A DNA stretch of 63,971 bases, counting the filler, from Lenisia limosa (lineage: Eukaryota; Protista; Breviatea), in the NCBI GenBank assembly GCA_001655205.1. It is 7 parts of 7 records of this genome, joined end to end, with 100 filler letters (N's around TTAATTAATTAA, not from the genome) between each part and the next. Parts side by side here need not be neighbours in the genome. Positions count along the whole stretch, not along the records: positions 1 to 29,273 come from LPNZ01009984.1; 6 more parts are not named here. The stretch is one strand, 5' to 3'. Below are positions 15,001 through 27,000 of the stretch, piece by piece. The number at the start of each line of letters is the position of its first letter. The stretch's first letter is position 1. The notes beneath the pieces were generated by a model. That model was not told the DNA's origin, searched no databases, and saw nothing but the letters and a program-made list of their open reading frames with translations. Both the position numbers and the translations under genes were made by a program.

Positions 15001-18000
15001 AAGGGGCGAAGTCATACCCATTCCACCTTGCTTTCACATTACTTTATCCTGGACTTTGTTTGTTTTGTTGTTATCAACCTCAGCCAACAGAGTTGATTTG
15101 GGCATTTTTTTTATTTTGTAAATTTTCCATTTTTACTCCCCCNNNNNNNNNNNNNNNNNNNNNNNNNNNNNNNNNNNNNNNNNNNNNNNNNNNNNNNNNN
15201 NNNNNNNNNNNNNNNNNNNNNNNNNNNNNNCATATCATCTACCAAGGCCACGACTATGTCGTTGCGGGCATCGAGCTTGAAGGCCCATTATGGGGTGAAC
15301 TCATAGACGTTGAGGTATTCAAATTATATGCACAGTTTTGAATTGAATTATTTATTTATTATTTTCATTATTCACACCCTCCCAGATCGAGCTGTCTGAC
15401 TTCAGCATCACTGAATCGCTCTTCTTCTGCACAGTTGCTGGTTCGGGATGCGGTGTCTTCTCCGGCACCGTGGACTCCGTCGACATGACCATCACCAACC
15501 TCCAAACAGAGGACATCGTCCTGCTCACCACCGGAGCCATTTCGAACCTCAAGACGGGTGGTCTCGTTGGAAATAAGACCATGACTCGTATCGAAGTTGT
15601 TGACTCAAGCTTCGAGGTCAAGCAGTCGCACTGCATGGTGGGCTTCAATGTTGTCATGATCCCTGCTAGTACAATCGTTATATTCTGCAAGCGACCCATG
15701 ATCATTTCTTCTGTTTTTTTTTTCTTGTTTTTTTTATGATCATAAGTATTGTTGCTGACGTTTCACTCCACCAGGTGAACTTCGCAGAGCAAGACGAGAC
15801 TTGTCCAGACGCCTATCTTCCCACCGGTCCGGTACAGTGTGTTAACGGTTGTCGCCAGGCATCTCACTTCCTCCCCGGACCCACTGAGATTGTCTGTAAG
15901 GCCAAGATCGATTGCGCTGCAGCCATCACCGCCTCCACCAAGCCGTTTAGCTATAACGCTGATTGCCGTGCCTATGGTGTTCAGCCGCAAGCATTGGTGG
16001 GGAAGGGCGCAAGCTGTGTTTGTTTCCGCTTAACTATGACTTTTGTTTTCTGTTGCATAATTTGTGCCATGCATATTTTATCTCCCTAGACTGCCCCCTG
16101 GACCATTGACGGACTTGGTCACCACATTGTTCTCAAAACTACGGCTGCAATGTACCCCAACCTCAACGGACAGTCTCTCACTATCCAAAACCTCAATATC
16201 TCAAGGGCTTACTGTGGGGGGGGGGGCTATTGCAATGAATCATTGCAATGAATCTCTCTTCCACGATGATCCCTTCGTTTGTTTTCCACTAACCCCTCAG
16301 TGACCTGCATGAAGTCCGATGAATGCGCTCTCGTCGCTTCCGAAATCCAGAACGGCGAGAAGCTGACCCTTATTGACTCGTCGGTCAACATTATTGGCCG
16401 CACGTTCACCGGAGTCAAGACCACCGTGCAGATGGGTGGTCTTGTCGGGGCCCTTCGTGAAGGCGGTACTCTCGAGCTTATCCGGTTGGTGGACTGACCT
16501 TGGTGCCTCCTCCCGTCCCGTCCTTTTTTGAGCTGTCAATCTTTTTTTTTTTTTTTCAAGTTGTTTTCCATAATCAAATAATTACCAATTTCCATATGGT
16601 ATAGTCTGCTTGTATCCTGACCACTCAGCTCGCACGTGACCATGTCTTGCACCAGCCGACTGGAGTGCTCCGGCCTGGCCACAATGGTTGCCGGTTCCAT
16701 CATCATGGAGGACTCTTCCGTGACCATTACCTACGCTGGCAAGGCCAACCTCGCGGGTATCACCATCAGCTCCACCAACTCGAGCTATTTCGACATTGTC
16801 GCCTCCGAGTTTTCTCTCACCACCTCCGCCACGGCGTTGAACGTCCATGGTCTTGCGCCAGCGCTCAACGCGCCCCGTCTTGACGGTAACGATTTCTACC
16901 TCAATGTTAAGGCGACCGGAGTAGTTGCAGGCGTGACGGAAGACATGACCGGTGGAAGCCTGACCGAAACGATGGTCGATGCAATGGCTGAAGGACACAC
17001 CGTTTATGGCCTCGTCAAGAGCATCACTTACGATAATGAGACCACTCTGGTCCTTGACCATATCTTTGTTACCGGCAACCTCACTGCCACCTCTGGCCCG
17101 GTTTATGGTCTTGCCGAATACGTCACAGCCGCACGAGTCAACATTGATCACGTGCTTGTTGAGGTCAACATCAATACCCCAGCATCTTGCGCGGGCGTAA
17201 TCGATCACGCGCACGCGCACACCTTCGTTGTTGTTACCCACTTCTCTCTCCTCGGCTCGCTGAGCTGCAGGTCCGGTGCCGCCTTCGGAACCCTCAATTC
17301 CACGCGCAACATCTTCCGCACCTCAATGGTTGATGTGGACTTTGCAATCTCCGAGCCTTCCGGCCTTCTCGCCGCCCAAGCCGAAGGTACTTTGGAGTTC
17401 TCGTCCTTCACGATCCACGGCCAAATGACGTCATCGCAGTCTGCTGACATTCTCGTCCCCACTGTTGCCGTCGGCAACGTCACCGGAATTGTCACGGTGT
17501 GGCCTTCTCTCACCATCTCCGGTCTGAGCAACCAAGGCTTCGCCAATTGCACCGAATACACAGAGGAGGACCTCCAGGCTGCCTTTGCTGCCAGCATCTA
17601 TCCCTTCGATCTTCCGATCTACGAGGATGAATGGGAAGCCACTGCGTCTCTCGGTAGAATGGCCACGTGGTCCACGTACCGCTCCATCTTCCACCCCCTG
17701 ACATGTACTGAATTAGGCCGTCCTGCCCCGGGTGTCTACAAGCTGTCTTCCGATATCGATTGTGCCGAGCACCCCATGAAGTTCATTGACGAAACAATGG
17801 TGCGTAGGATATCGGGCTTATTGCATAATTCATGAGATATGAGCCATGTTTTTTTTTTTTGTTCACCTCTTATTGGCATTATGTTTCACATAGCTTAATG
17901 AGTTCTCTTATTTATGACACCATGAGCTCTCATCTCTAACATTCTCAGAACGGAGGAACAATCATTTTCGATGGCCAAGGTCACACCATCAAAAATCTGA

Positions 18001-21000
18001 GAAGGAACGTCTACTCGGCCGTATGCTGGGAGCCTTGCATTATATATAAGGATGGGAACAATGGCTAAGGTAGTATAATAAACTGTCTCTTCTCAGTTAC
18101 AACCCTATATTCAAGCCAATTTGAGGGTTATATGTTCCTTATCATTGATGTTTCATTTTATCATTGATGATTAGGGCTTCACTTTGGTTCGAAAAAAGAC
18201 GGAATTTTTCGATAAATCCTCGAAAATTATCGATTTTCCCCTGGTTTTTTTCGAACCGAAGTGAACCCTATTAATGGATGATATTTCATTTTATATTGAT
18301 TTTCATATCACCTCCAAGGTCACTGGAACGCTCATCTACCGCAACGTTCTCTTCCAAGAGGCTGTGGTAATATGCTACGCTTCTGCACCCGAATGTGGCC
18401 TCCTTGCTTCCGACCCCTATATCGCCACCGTCCGTGTCGAGAACATCGACTTCAAGGACAGCCGTCTTGTGTCTCATGGCAGCACCGTGGACCGCTTCAT
18501 GGGCGGTCTTGTCGGATACTCCAAGACCATCACCTTCCAGTCTGAGAACTCCCTAGTTGACGCGGTCTTCAAGAACTGCCAGATCTTCTTTGGCTTCTCC
18601 CTTGACCTTGCCATTCCGTGCAAGGAGCCGACGGTTATGGACGCGGATATCGACTCTGAAATCTGCATCTTCGGTTGTGACTTCAATTTGGTGTCAACCT
18701 TCGAGCCTCTTTATCAATGCCCTGGTATGTACGTGTTTCTTTTCATACATTATTTATTTTATTTTTTGCTCTGAAATTATTGTCAATATTATTACTTTTC
18801 CGGAACACAACCACCATTTTAAATTTCGAGTTTACCCCTCCAACAGGTTTGGAGTGTGTGGACCCCGAAACCGTGACCATTGCCAACAACGGTAATCTCA
18901 CCTGCGAAAACCACCCTCTGACCTTCACTCCGTCCTGCACCACGTCTTGCGAGGCCGAATGGGACCAGGTTCTTGACGGCGGCCTGATCACGTGCAACCC
19001 TTCCACTGCCTGGCCTGAACTGGCTTGTGAGGAGTTCTTCTGTGACGACCCTCTTCTCGCCAGATATCAGGTACGGAGCTTTCGTATCTTTGATTGATAT
19101 TTACTGTGGACATGTACTCATCTATTATACACTGTTTTATTCAAAAAAAACTGTTCATCAACGTGAAGCCTTGGCCAAACTCACCCCCACAGACCGAAGA
19201 TCGCGTGAAGTCTTGCGTCTGCGCCATGGGTGTTACCATGACTGACGGCAACTGCACTGCTTGCCCAGTCAACTTCTACAAGTCAGAAATTGGCCCTGCC
19301 CCATGCTCGGAGTGTATCCCTCTCCGCCGCACCCGTGAGGAAATGTCGACCTCCATTGACGACTGTGTGTGTATCATCGGTTACGGTGAGAACCCGGTTA
19401 CGTTCGAATGTGAGGAGCTTGTCATCACGCCGACCGGCATGGCTACTTTCATGGTGAGAGTGGGGGGAGGGTACTACTACCTGTTCAATATGAACATATT
19501 GGATTTGTTTCTTTTTTCTTTTTTGGAATCATTCCAGTCTTTGATCATCCCCCAGGCTGCCTCACCCACCTCAATGGCAGTATCATGGGACCAGTATCTG
19601 GTGCAACCCCTTGGATTCCCATTGACTTACGTCATTCAGCTCAACAGCACTGTGGGGGGGTTATTGATTTCAGACCTTTTCTTTATTTTTTGCAAAAAAA
19701 CACTGACCCTCTTAGCTTGGCATGACTGTTCAAAAGATCTCTGGAACCTCGCATAAGGTCTTTGAAGAAGTCTTCGGTCTTCTGCCCGGAATGGACTATA
19801 ACGTAACATTCACGGCCACGGCTGAAGTTGCCTCGGATAACATTGCAACGTCACCCTCTATCACGGGCACAATCTCGACGCCGCTTCCGAGTCTCCCATC
19901 GTTCTCCACTTACTCGGTGCGTGATTGATACCAGCTTAATAATATGTAATATTGAATATGATTGGAGTAGAGAGCTGAATCATTCTCTTTGACCATATTA
20001 TAATTCTTCCACTTACGCTGGAGTGATGGGATGCGGTGCTGCAGAAGCGACTGCCCTNNNNNNNNNNNNNNNNNNNNNNNNNNNNNNNNNNNNNNNNNNN
20101 NNNNNNNNNNNNNNNNNNNNNNNNNNNNNNNNNNNNNNNNNNNNNNNNNNNNNNNNNNNNNNNNNNNNNNNNNNNNNNNNNNNNNNNNNNNNNNNNNNNN
20201 NNNNNNNNNNNNNNNNNNNNNNNNNNNNNNNNNNNNNNACTGGACTTGTCGAAGTCGTGTGGCCTACCAACACGCTCATCTTCTCGTGGCTCAGCATCAA
20301 CGCCCATGTCTCTGTCAACAATGTGACGTACCTCATTCCCACGACCGAAACATCCGTTGAAATTCCTGACCTGATGGCTCAGAATGTCTATGGTGTCTTC
20401 ATTCAGCTTTGTGCCGGACCCGACCCTGCCGACTGTGAAAACTCCGTGGTCACTGAAACCGTCCTCACAATGCTCCCCGAAGTTCCGCTTCAACCCGCGA
20501 ACCTCGTTGTAGGAGACTACGTGATTGACGAGTCGTTGCTCTACTTCCAAACTGAAGTGTCTTGGGACGCTGTGGACGGTGCTACTGCTTACAAGGTGTT
20601 CTACCGCAACATGGTTGTGGACATCATCAACAACGCCATGAACGTCACCACCATCGGTGTTAGCGACACTATTCCGTTCGCTGTCGCCGCTGTCAACCCT
20701 GCTGGCACCTCAGTACTTTCCGAGGGCGTTACACTCGCTATTACTAACCCGTATGTGGACTTTTTTTTATTCGTCGTGTCCGCTTTTTAACCCGGTAAAC
20801 ATAGTACATTTGTCTACCACCATGTATCATAAAATCGTCGTGAACATTACACACAGCATGACCTTTTTTTTTTTTCTTTTTTTTNNNNNNNNNNNNNNNN
20901 NNNNNNNNNNNNNNNNNNNNNNNNNNNNNNNNNCATCTTACAACATAGACCCCCTGTGGTCACTGACTTTGTTGCTCTCGACTCCGCCAACCTGGACACT

Positions 21001-24000
21001 GTCATGGCTGCTGGCGATCAGGTATGTGAGGACTTCCGCTATTCCGTTTCTTCTGTGCCACTGTGGCCATTCTCAAAATCAACATAACATGTATCTAGAG
21101 GACTACTATTGGGTATTGATTTTTAAAAAAAAAATTATTACTCCCTTCATATGAAAATGGAACACAGAACCTTACTCAGCCCTAGATGATCATCACCTTC
21201 GACCAAGCAATCAATGCCCAAACCTTCGACCTCACATGCAACATCATTGAATGCCCTGGTGCCGAGCCATTTGAATATGTCATAGACTACTCCTCGACAA
21301 TCATCGACATGACTAGCCTGGGACTGTCTGAAGATAGTGAAGGCCTTCCTAACCCGCTACTCGAAGGACCCTTCGTTAACCAATTGATCCTGACGTTCAC
21401 TTACGTTACGGATGACGCAACCGATCATATTGAGCTTTATTCCGTATGTGCTTTGAACTACACATGTGGAATCAAGTCATATGATAACCTATCCCTGCCT
21501 TCAGCGTCCTTGACACCCGCCCTTGCTGGCAACTGGGGAACCCCTGTCACCGAAGCTAACATCACTATTAGCAAACCAATTACAATTGAAGAGGACGGTC
21601 CAGCTGTGTACCTCTCCATGATTGACATTGAGTACGACATTGACACTTTCACTCCCCCCGCAGTTTCTCTTTACTTTGAATTTGGTGATGGTGTTGAAGT
21701 CCAGATTTCCGGTGAAGATACTGACCCCGAATGGACTGCTCAGATGAACTTCGACTCGATCACCGCTTACATGGCCACTCTGTCCGTTGCAAGCGCTCAA
21801 GACTTCTCTGGAATGTCGTTCATCTCTGTGACGGTAACTGATACGCAAGACACTCTCATTGCTAAGCTCCTTGAGCCTATTACCGTGGAGTTCACGCGCG
21901 ATCTCCCCACTTTCACCTATAACAATGGTGTTACCCTCACTCCTGCTGGCGGAAAAATTTTCCATGGAGCCGAAATCACTGATCCTGATGAGTATGAAAT
22001 CTCTTCAGCGTCCGCAATTTCATCATCGCCCCTTTCGGTCTCAGTCACCACTGCTGACGAGTGCGGTTGCACCGTCACCAAGATTCCGTCCGGATTCCGC
22101 TTTGTCGGTACGCCATCAACAGTAGCGTGTGGCCTCAGCTTCCTGGCTGTGGTACCGAGCAATGACGCTCTTCTGAGAGGATTCGTTCGTGTCAGTGTTG
22201 TCATCTATGATCGCTACACCTTGATGCCTCCTCTCAGCCTGGATGTGGCTATCCCAGTGTCCTGTGACCCCGCTGTTGCCCCCGTCTTAGTCAATGCAAC
22301 CATGACCGACACGTTGGACCTTCTTCTTACATTCGATAAGGTCGTCCACGCACCCAAGACCATGATCGGTGTCCAAGCTCTTCTTGGCGACTCACAGGAG
22401 AAGTTCGGCTTCACTGCTGTTGTGTCACGCGTGTCTGCCGTGTCTTTCAGGGTTGAGAAGGTTAGTTGAGGCTGTGAATTTGACTGTTTTGACTTCTTTT
22501 CTTTTTTTCTTTTTTTTTTTNNNNNNNNNNNNNNNNNNNNNNNNNNNNNNNNNNNNNNNNNNNNNNNNNNNNNNNNNNNNNNNNNNNNNNNNNNNNNNNN
22601 NNNNNNNNNNNNNNNNNNNNNNNNNNNNGACCGCCGTTCCGGGCGACGTTGTTCAGGTTGCAGCCAAATTCCGGGCCTGTTCGTCACTGACCTCCGCCGC
22701 CGCAGTCTCCAGCGCCGTCGTTATTGGCCCGGTCAACCCTCCCAACCTCAGCTTCTCTGTAGGCGGCGCTATTGCAAAGATGGGTCTTTTTTGGCATTGT
22801 ATGGGATGGAGGAGGGGAGGGGGGGATTACTTGATGGATTTTGATATATCTTGTAGTTGCCCCATGTCTCAACGCTTTCCTCACCCCTCCAGGTCTCCGG
22901 TCCCCAGGTCATCGCCATCTGCAGCGGAGGCAAGGAGAACGTCTACTTCCGCATTGAGTCGTACAGAGGCTTCGGTGGTCGTGCGCCAACTTTTATGTGG
23001 TCCATTAAGGTTCGTAGGCATTCTGATATACCAGGAAGTTGATGGTGCTGTTTTACTGATCAATGTTGATGATTTTGAGGGATAACTATCGATTAACACC
23101 AATAGTTTCTCCTCTCATCCTCTAGGGTGAAGTTGGCAACCTCCTTGACGGAGTTGACACTAACCGTGATTACCTTCGCGTCGTGCGTGAGCGTCTCATG
23201 CTTGCCGATGACACCTTTGAAATCTCCGTCATTGCCACGTCATTCCTGGGGGTCTACAAGTCCTGGACCGAAACCATCAATGTCGAGAAGGGAGTTGTCG
23301 CCATGCCTCTTATTGCCGGCCCGGTCTACCGTCAGGTTACGGGACGCACCACGCGCATTATTGCCGAGGTGGCGCCTGCGCCATGTGGTATTAACGAGGG
23401 CGTTGTCGACTACTTTTGGACTTCTACTGGCACTGACGTCTTCAAGGGCACCACAAACACTAAGCAAACGTGAGAGGGATCGGTTTGTTTTGTTTTGTTT
23501 TGTTTATTTTTTGTGATAGTGTGTGTGTATGTGTGATGTTCACATTTCTCAACTGGCTCCTCCTTTTCTCACCGTTCAGTGCCGTCATTGATGTCACCAA
23601 GCTTGAGTACGGTGTGGTCACCGAATTTGTTGTCCAAACTACCCTGTCATTCACCTCCAAGACTGCCCAGGCTAAGGTGGGAACCATGGGCGGAGAGGAA
23701 AATATCTTCGAGTTAAGTTCTTATCATCTCTTATTAGTTCACTTCTTTGAACATTATCGTTTTCTTCGCTACTCACTCCGCAGGTCCTACTTGAGCGAGT
23801 CCTGCCACCCCCAGTGATCCGCATCAACGGCGGCGCCGCACGCATTGTCAGCAACAAGCAGACCGTTGACTTTGCTGCCACTCCCACTGGACTGAACTAC
23901 ACGTGGTCCTGCACCACCGTCGACGGCGAGACTTGTCTCGGCATCAACGGACCCATCGACCTCGCCGGCTACACCCCGTCTATCTCTGCAGGAGAATTGC

Positions 24001-27000
24001 CCGTTGGATTCTTCGAAATTTCAGTTCGCGGTGTGGACATGCGTTCCGGTCTTGCGGACTACTTCACCCAGACCCTCGAGGTCAACGAGCGTGAATTTGC
24101 CATCTCTTGTGCGCCAACCGCTGAGGTGTTCGCCCTTAGTGAGCCTGCTAAGATCTCCATCGTTGCAGCGGCTGGTGAAATCCGCAATGTAACATGGGAG
24201 ATTGAAGACATTCCGTCCAGCCAACTCCTGGTTACCTCCGCTGGTGTGATCCTGCCGCTGCCCTTGGAACGCGGCATTATTGACGCCACCGTCACCGCCA
24301 TGGGTATGAACAACGAGACCGTTTCATGCACCACTTCCGTCCTTATTGAAAGCCCTGTTGCTGGCGGCGGACTTAAAATTGAGCCCTCATCTGGTGTTGA
24401 GTTCACCACGGAGTTCATGATCACTGCGCCGAGTTGGGAGGCTGCCGACGGCTACGAGTCGACTTACAAGCTGTTTTACGTCGACGCCAATGGCGTTGAG
24501 CGCCCCTTGACTGAGGAGTCCTCGGCAACTGAGTTTAACATTTACCTTCCTGCCGGTGTCGATACCGACGCTGACGTTCTTGAGATCATCCTCGAGGTCA
24601 TTTCTCGGTCCAAGCACTCCGTCCGAACCACCGCTACCGTCACGGTCACCCCTCTGTCTGACGACGACCGTGCTGTTGCCATATCCGCCATCATGGACGC
24701 TGCCGCTATGACTGGCTCCCTTGACTTAATTATCCCTACTCTGTCCGCTCGGAAAACTGAAGGACGTCGTCGTGCTGCCACCGAACTCGCTGCCTCGGCC
24801 ACTCTTCTCAGTGCCTCAGAGGACTTCCCGTCCACCACGCTTGCGTCGTCTGTTCTGGCTCTCGCGTCAGACCCTCTTGCTCTCGATGCTGCTACTATTG
24901 ACAATCTCCTCGCTACCCTCACTAACGTTGCGGTTGCTGGCAAGAACGGTGAAATTGAGACCATCAACGACGGCCGTATCTCAACCTGCCTGTCTGCCCT
25001 GTCGCAACTCGCAATGAATCCCATTGTAACAGCTTCTGATATTCGCCCCGTAGTTGCCCCAATCAGTGAGGAGCTGGCGGGTCTTCAGGACACCGTGGAC
25101 CGCGAGGACAACTCCGGCGGTTCCATTCAACTCACAACCGTGTCCGATCCTGCCTTCACCTACGGCTTCAACGTGACCATTTCCGGCGTCCAAGTTGACA
25201 TTTCCGATGCTGACGTGTTCACCATCCAGACTTCCGAGCCACAGGCCTTTGCCTACGTCAGTGACGTCATGATTACATCGGCCTTCTCTGTCTACCCCAC
25301 GTCTAACACCTCCATGGTGACCCTCTCCGTGTATGCTGCCGCTGTCGACGCTTCGGCGTTGAATTGTGGCGCCAGCGTGTGTGTCCCTCAATGGCACGTC
25401 CTAAGCGAGGCCAACTGGACCTCTGTCGGCCCTCAGTTCAGGAGCCGTTACGACCCAATGGACACCGTAATGACTATCGACATTTCGGCCAATACCACCG
25501 CCGTCTATGCAGTCCTGTCCGTCCCCATCTTCATTGAACCGTCTTGCGGAAATGCCATTGTTGAAGCTGGTGAAGACTGTGATCCGCTAGTCGCCACCCC
25601 CGGCTGTACCAACTGCTCTCTCACTGTTGGATGGACATGTTCCGGAGATCCGTCTGTCTGTCTCGAGAAGGCTGACACGTCACCTTGTGTCTCCGCTGAG
25701 TCCGGCTGCGCCACCTGCACCAAGTCCAACCCCAACATGTGCGCGTCATGCACCGATGCCACGCTTACACCAATCGGCGCCTCCTGCCGATCGGTGGCCA
25801 GAGAGGCCCTGCCGGTCACAGCCATGCAGGATAACACTTTCTACTTCGCCGACGGTGTGACTGTCGACCTGCCCAGTGCCCTTGCCAAGGCTGCGAACCC
25901 ATCCTTCAGCTACATGCCTTTGTCTCCTGCCCATGACGGAGATGCGTCCTTCACCACGCTCAACGCAACCTTCAGCGGCGTGACCTTTGACCTCACTCTT
26001 GAGGGCGTTTCCGGCCAGCTTGATTTCCCCATCGTTGTCTATGTCAACGTTTCTGAAATTGCCTTAACCGGCTTCGACGTTCTGCTTGCCACCAACAATA
26101 CGTGGATTGCGCCATACATAACTTGCGACGCCTACGTGGCGCCCAAGGTCATCAGCGGCGAGCTCATCTTCCAGACCTGCCATCTCTCCCAATTCACGAT
26201 TGTCGAAGGTATGGTAGCCGAAGAGTTCTGCGAGATCCCGCCGGTGTACGCAAACGGCACGACCAACTGCGACGGTTTGGACAACATCTCCATTGGCCAA
26301 AAGTGCAATGTCACCTGCGGCGCCGACCTCCTTCCCTACACCTTCGAAGTCACGTGCAACAGCTCGCTGCAGTGGCCGTCAGCGATCTGTTATCCCGACC
26401 CGGACAAGATCGAGTACCTTGTACCGGTGTGTGACCCCGTCCCGACCAACTTCACAGACCACATCAATGGTTGTGCGTCAATGGATCCCGATGACGTCAC
26501 GCCCGACGTGGCTTGTAACATTACTTGTGCAGACGGTTATCGTCTCATCGGCATCGAAACCACTATTTCCTGTAACTTCACCACTTACGCCTGGAAAACT
26601 GAGCCGCTTTGCGAGATTATCCCCCCTCAATGCAACGTCATGCCTGTCATTGATGGCGTCTCCACCACATCATGCTCCGGAGGAACTGTCGATGTCGGTA
26701 CTGAGTGCTTCCCGACCTGTCTGTCTGGCTACGTGTCCTTGGAATTGAACTTCACGTGCGATGCTGAATCTGGCGAATGGCCGACAGACCTCTGCCACCG
26801 TACCTGTGAGGCCTTCCCAACTGATGTGGTCTCCAACTGCTCGACCGGCGCTCTCTTCCCCTCTTCTACCTGTGAAATTTCCGCATGTTCCGGTGAAGGT
26901 CTCATTCCCGCCGTGACGTACACCAGCTGTGACCCTGTTTCGGGCTATTTCGCCACCTCCGAGACTCTCTGCAAGGCCAGGGCCGTATGTCAGCCCATGC

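Noticed and set aside
18174-18268. tRNA gene suggested by GGTTCGAA
   Set aside because: The motif lies in MITE TIRs; no cloverleaf, D-arm or anticodon arm.
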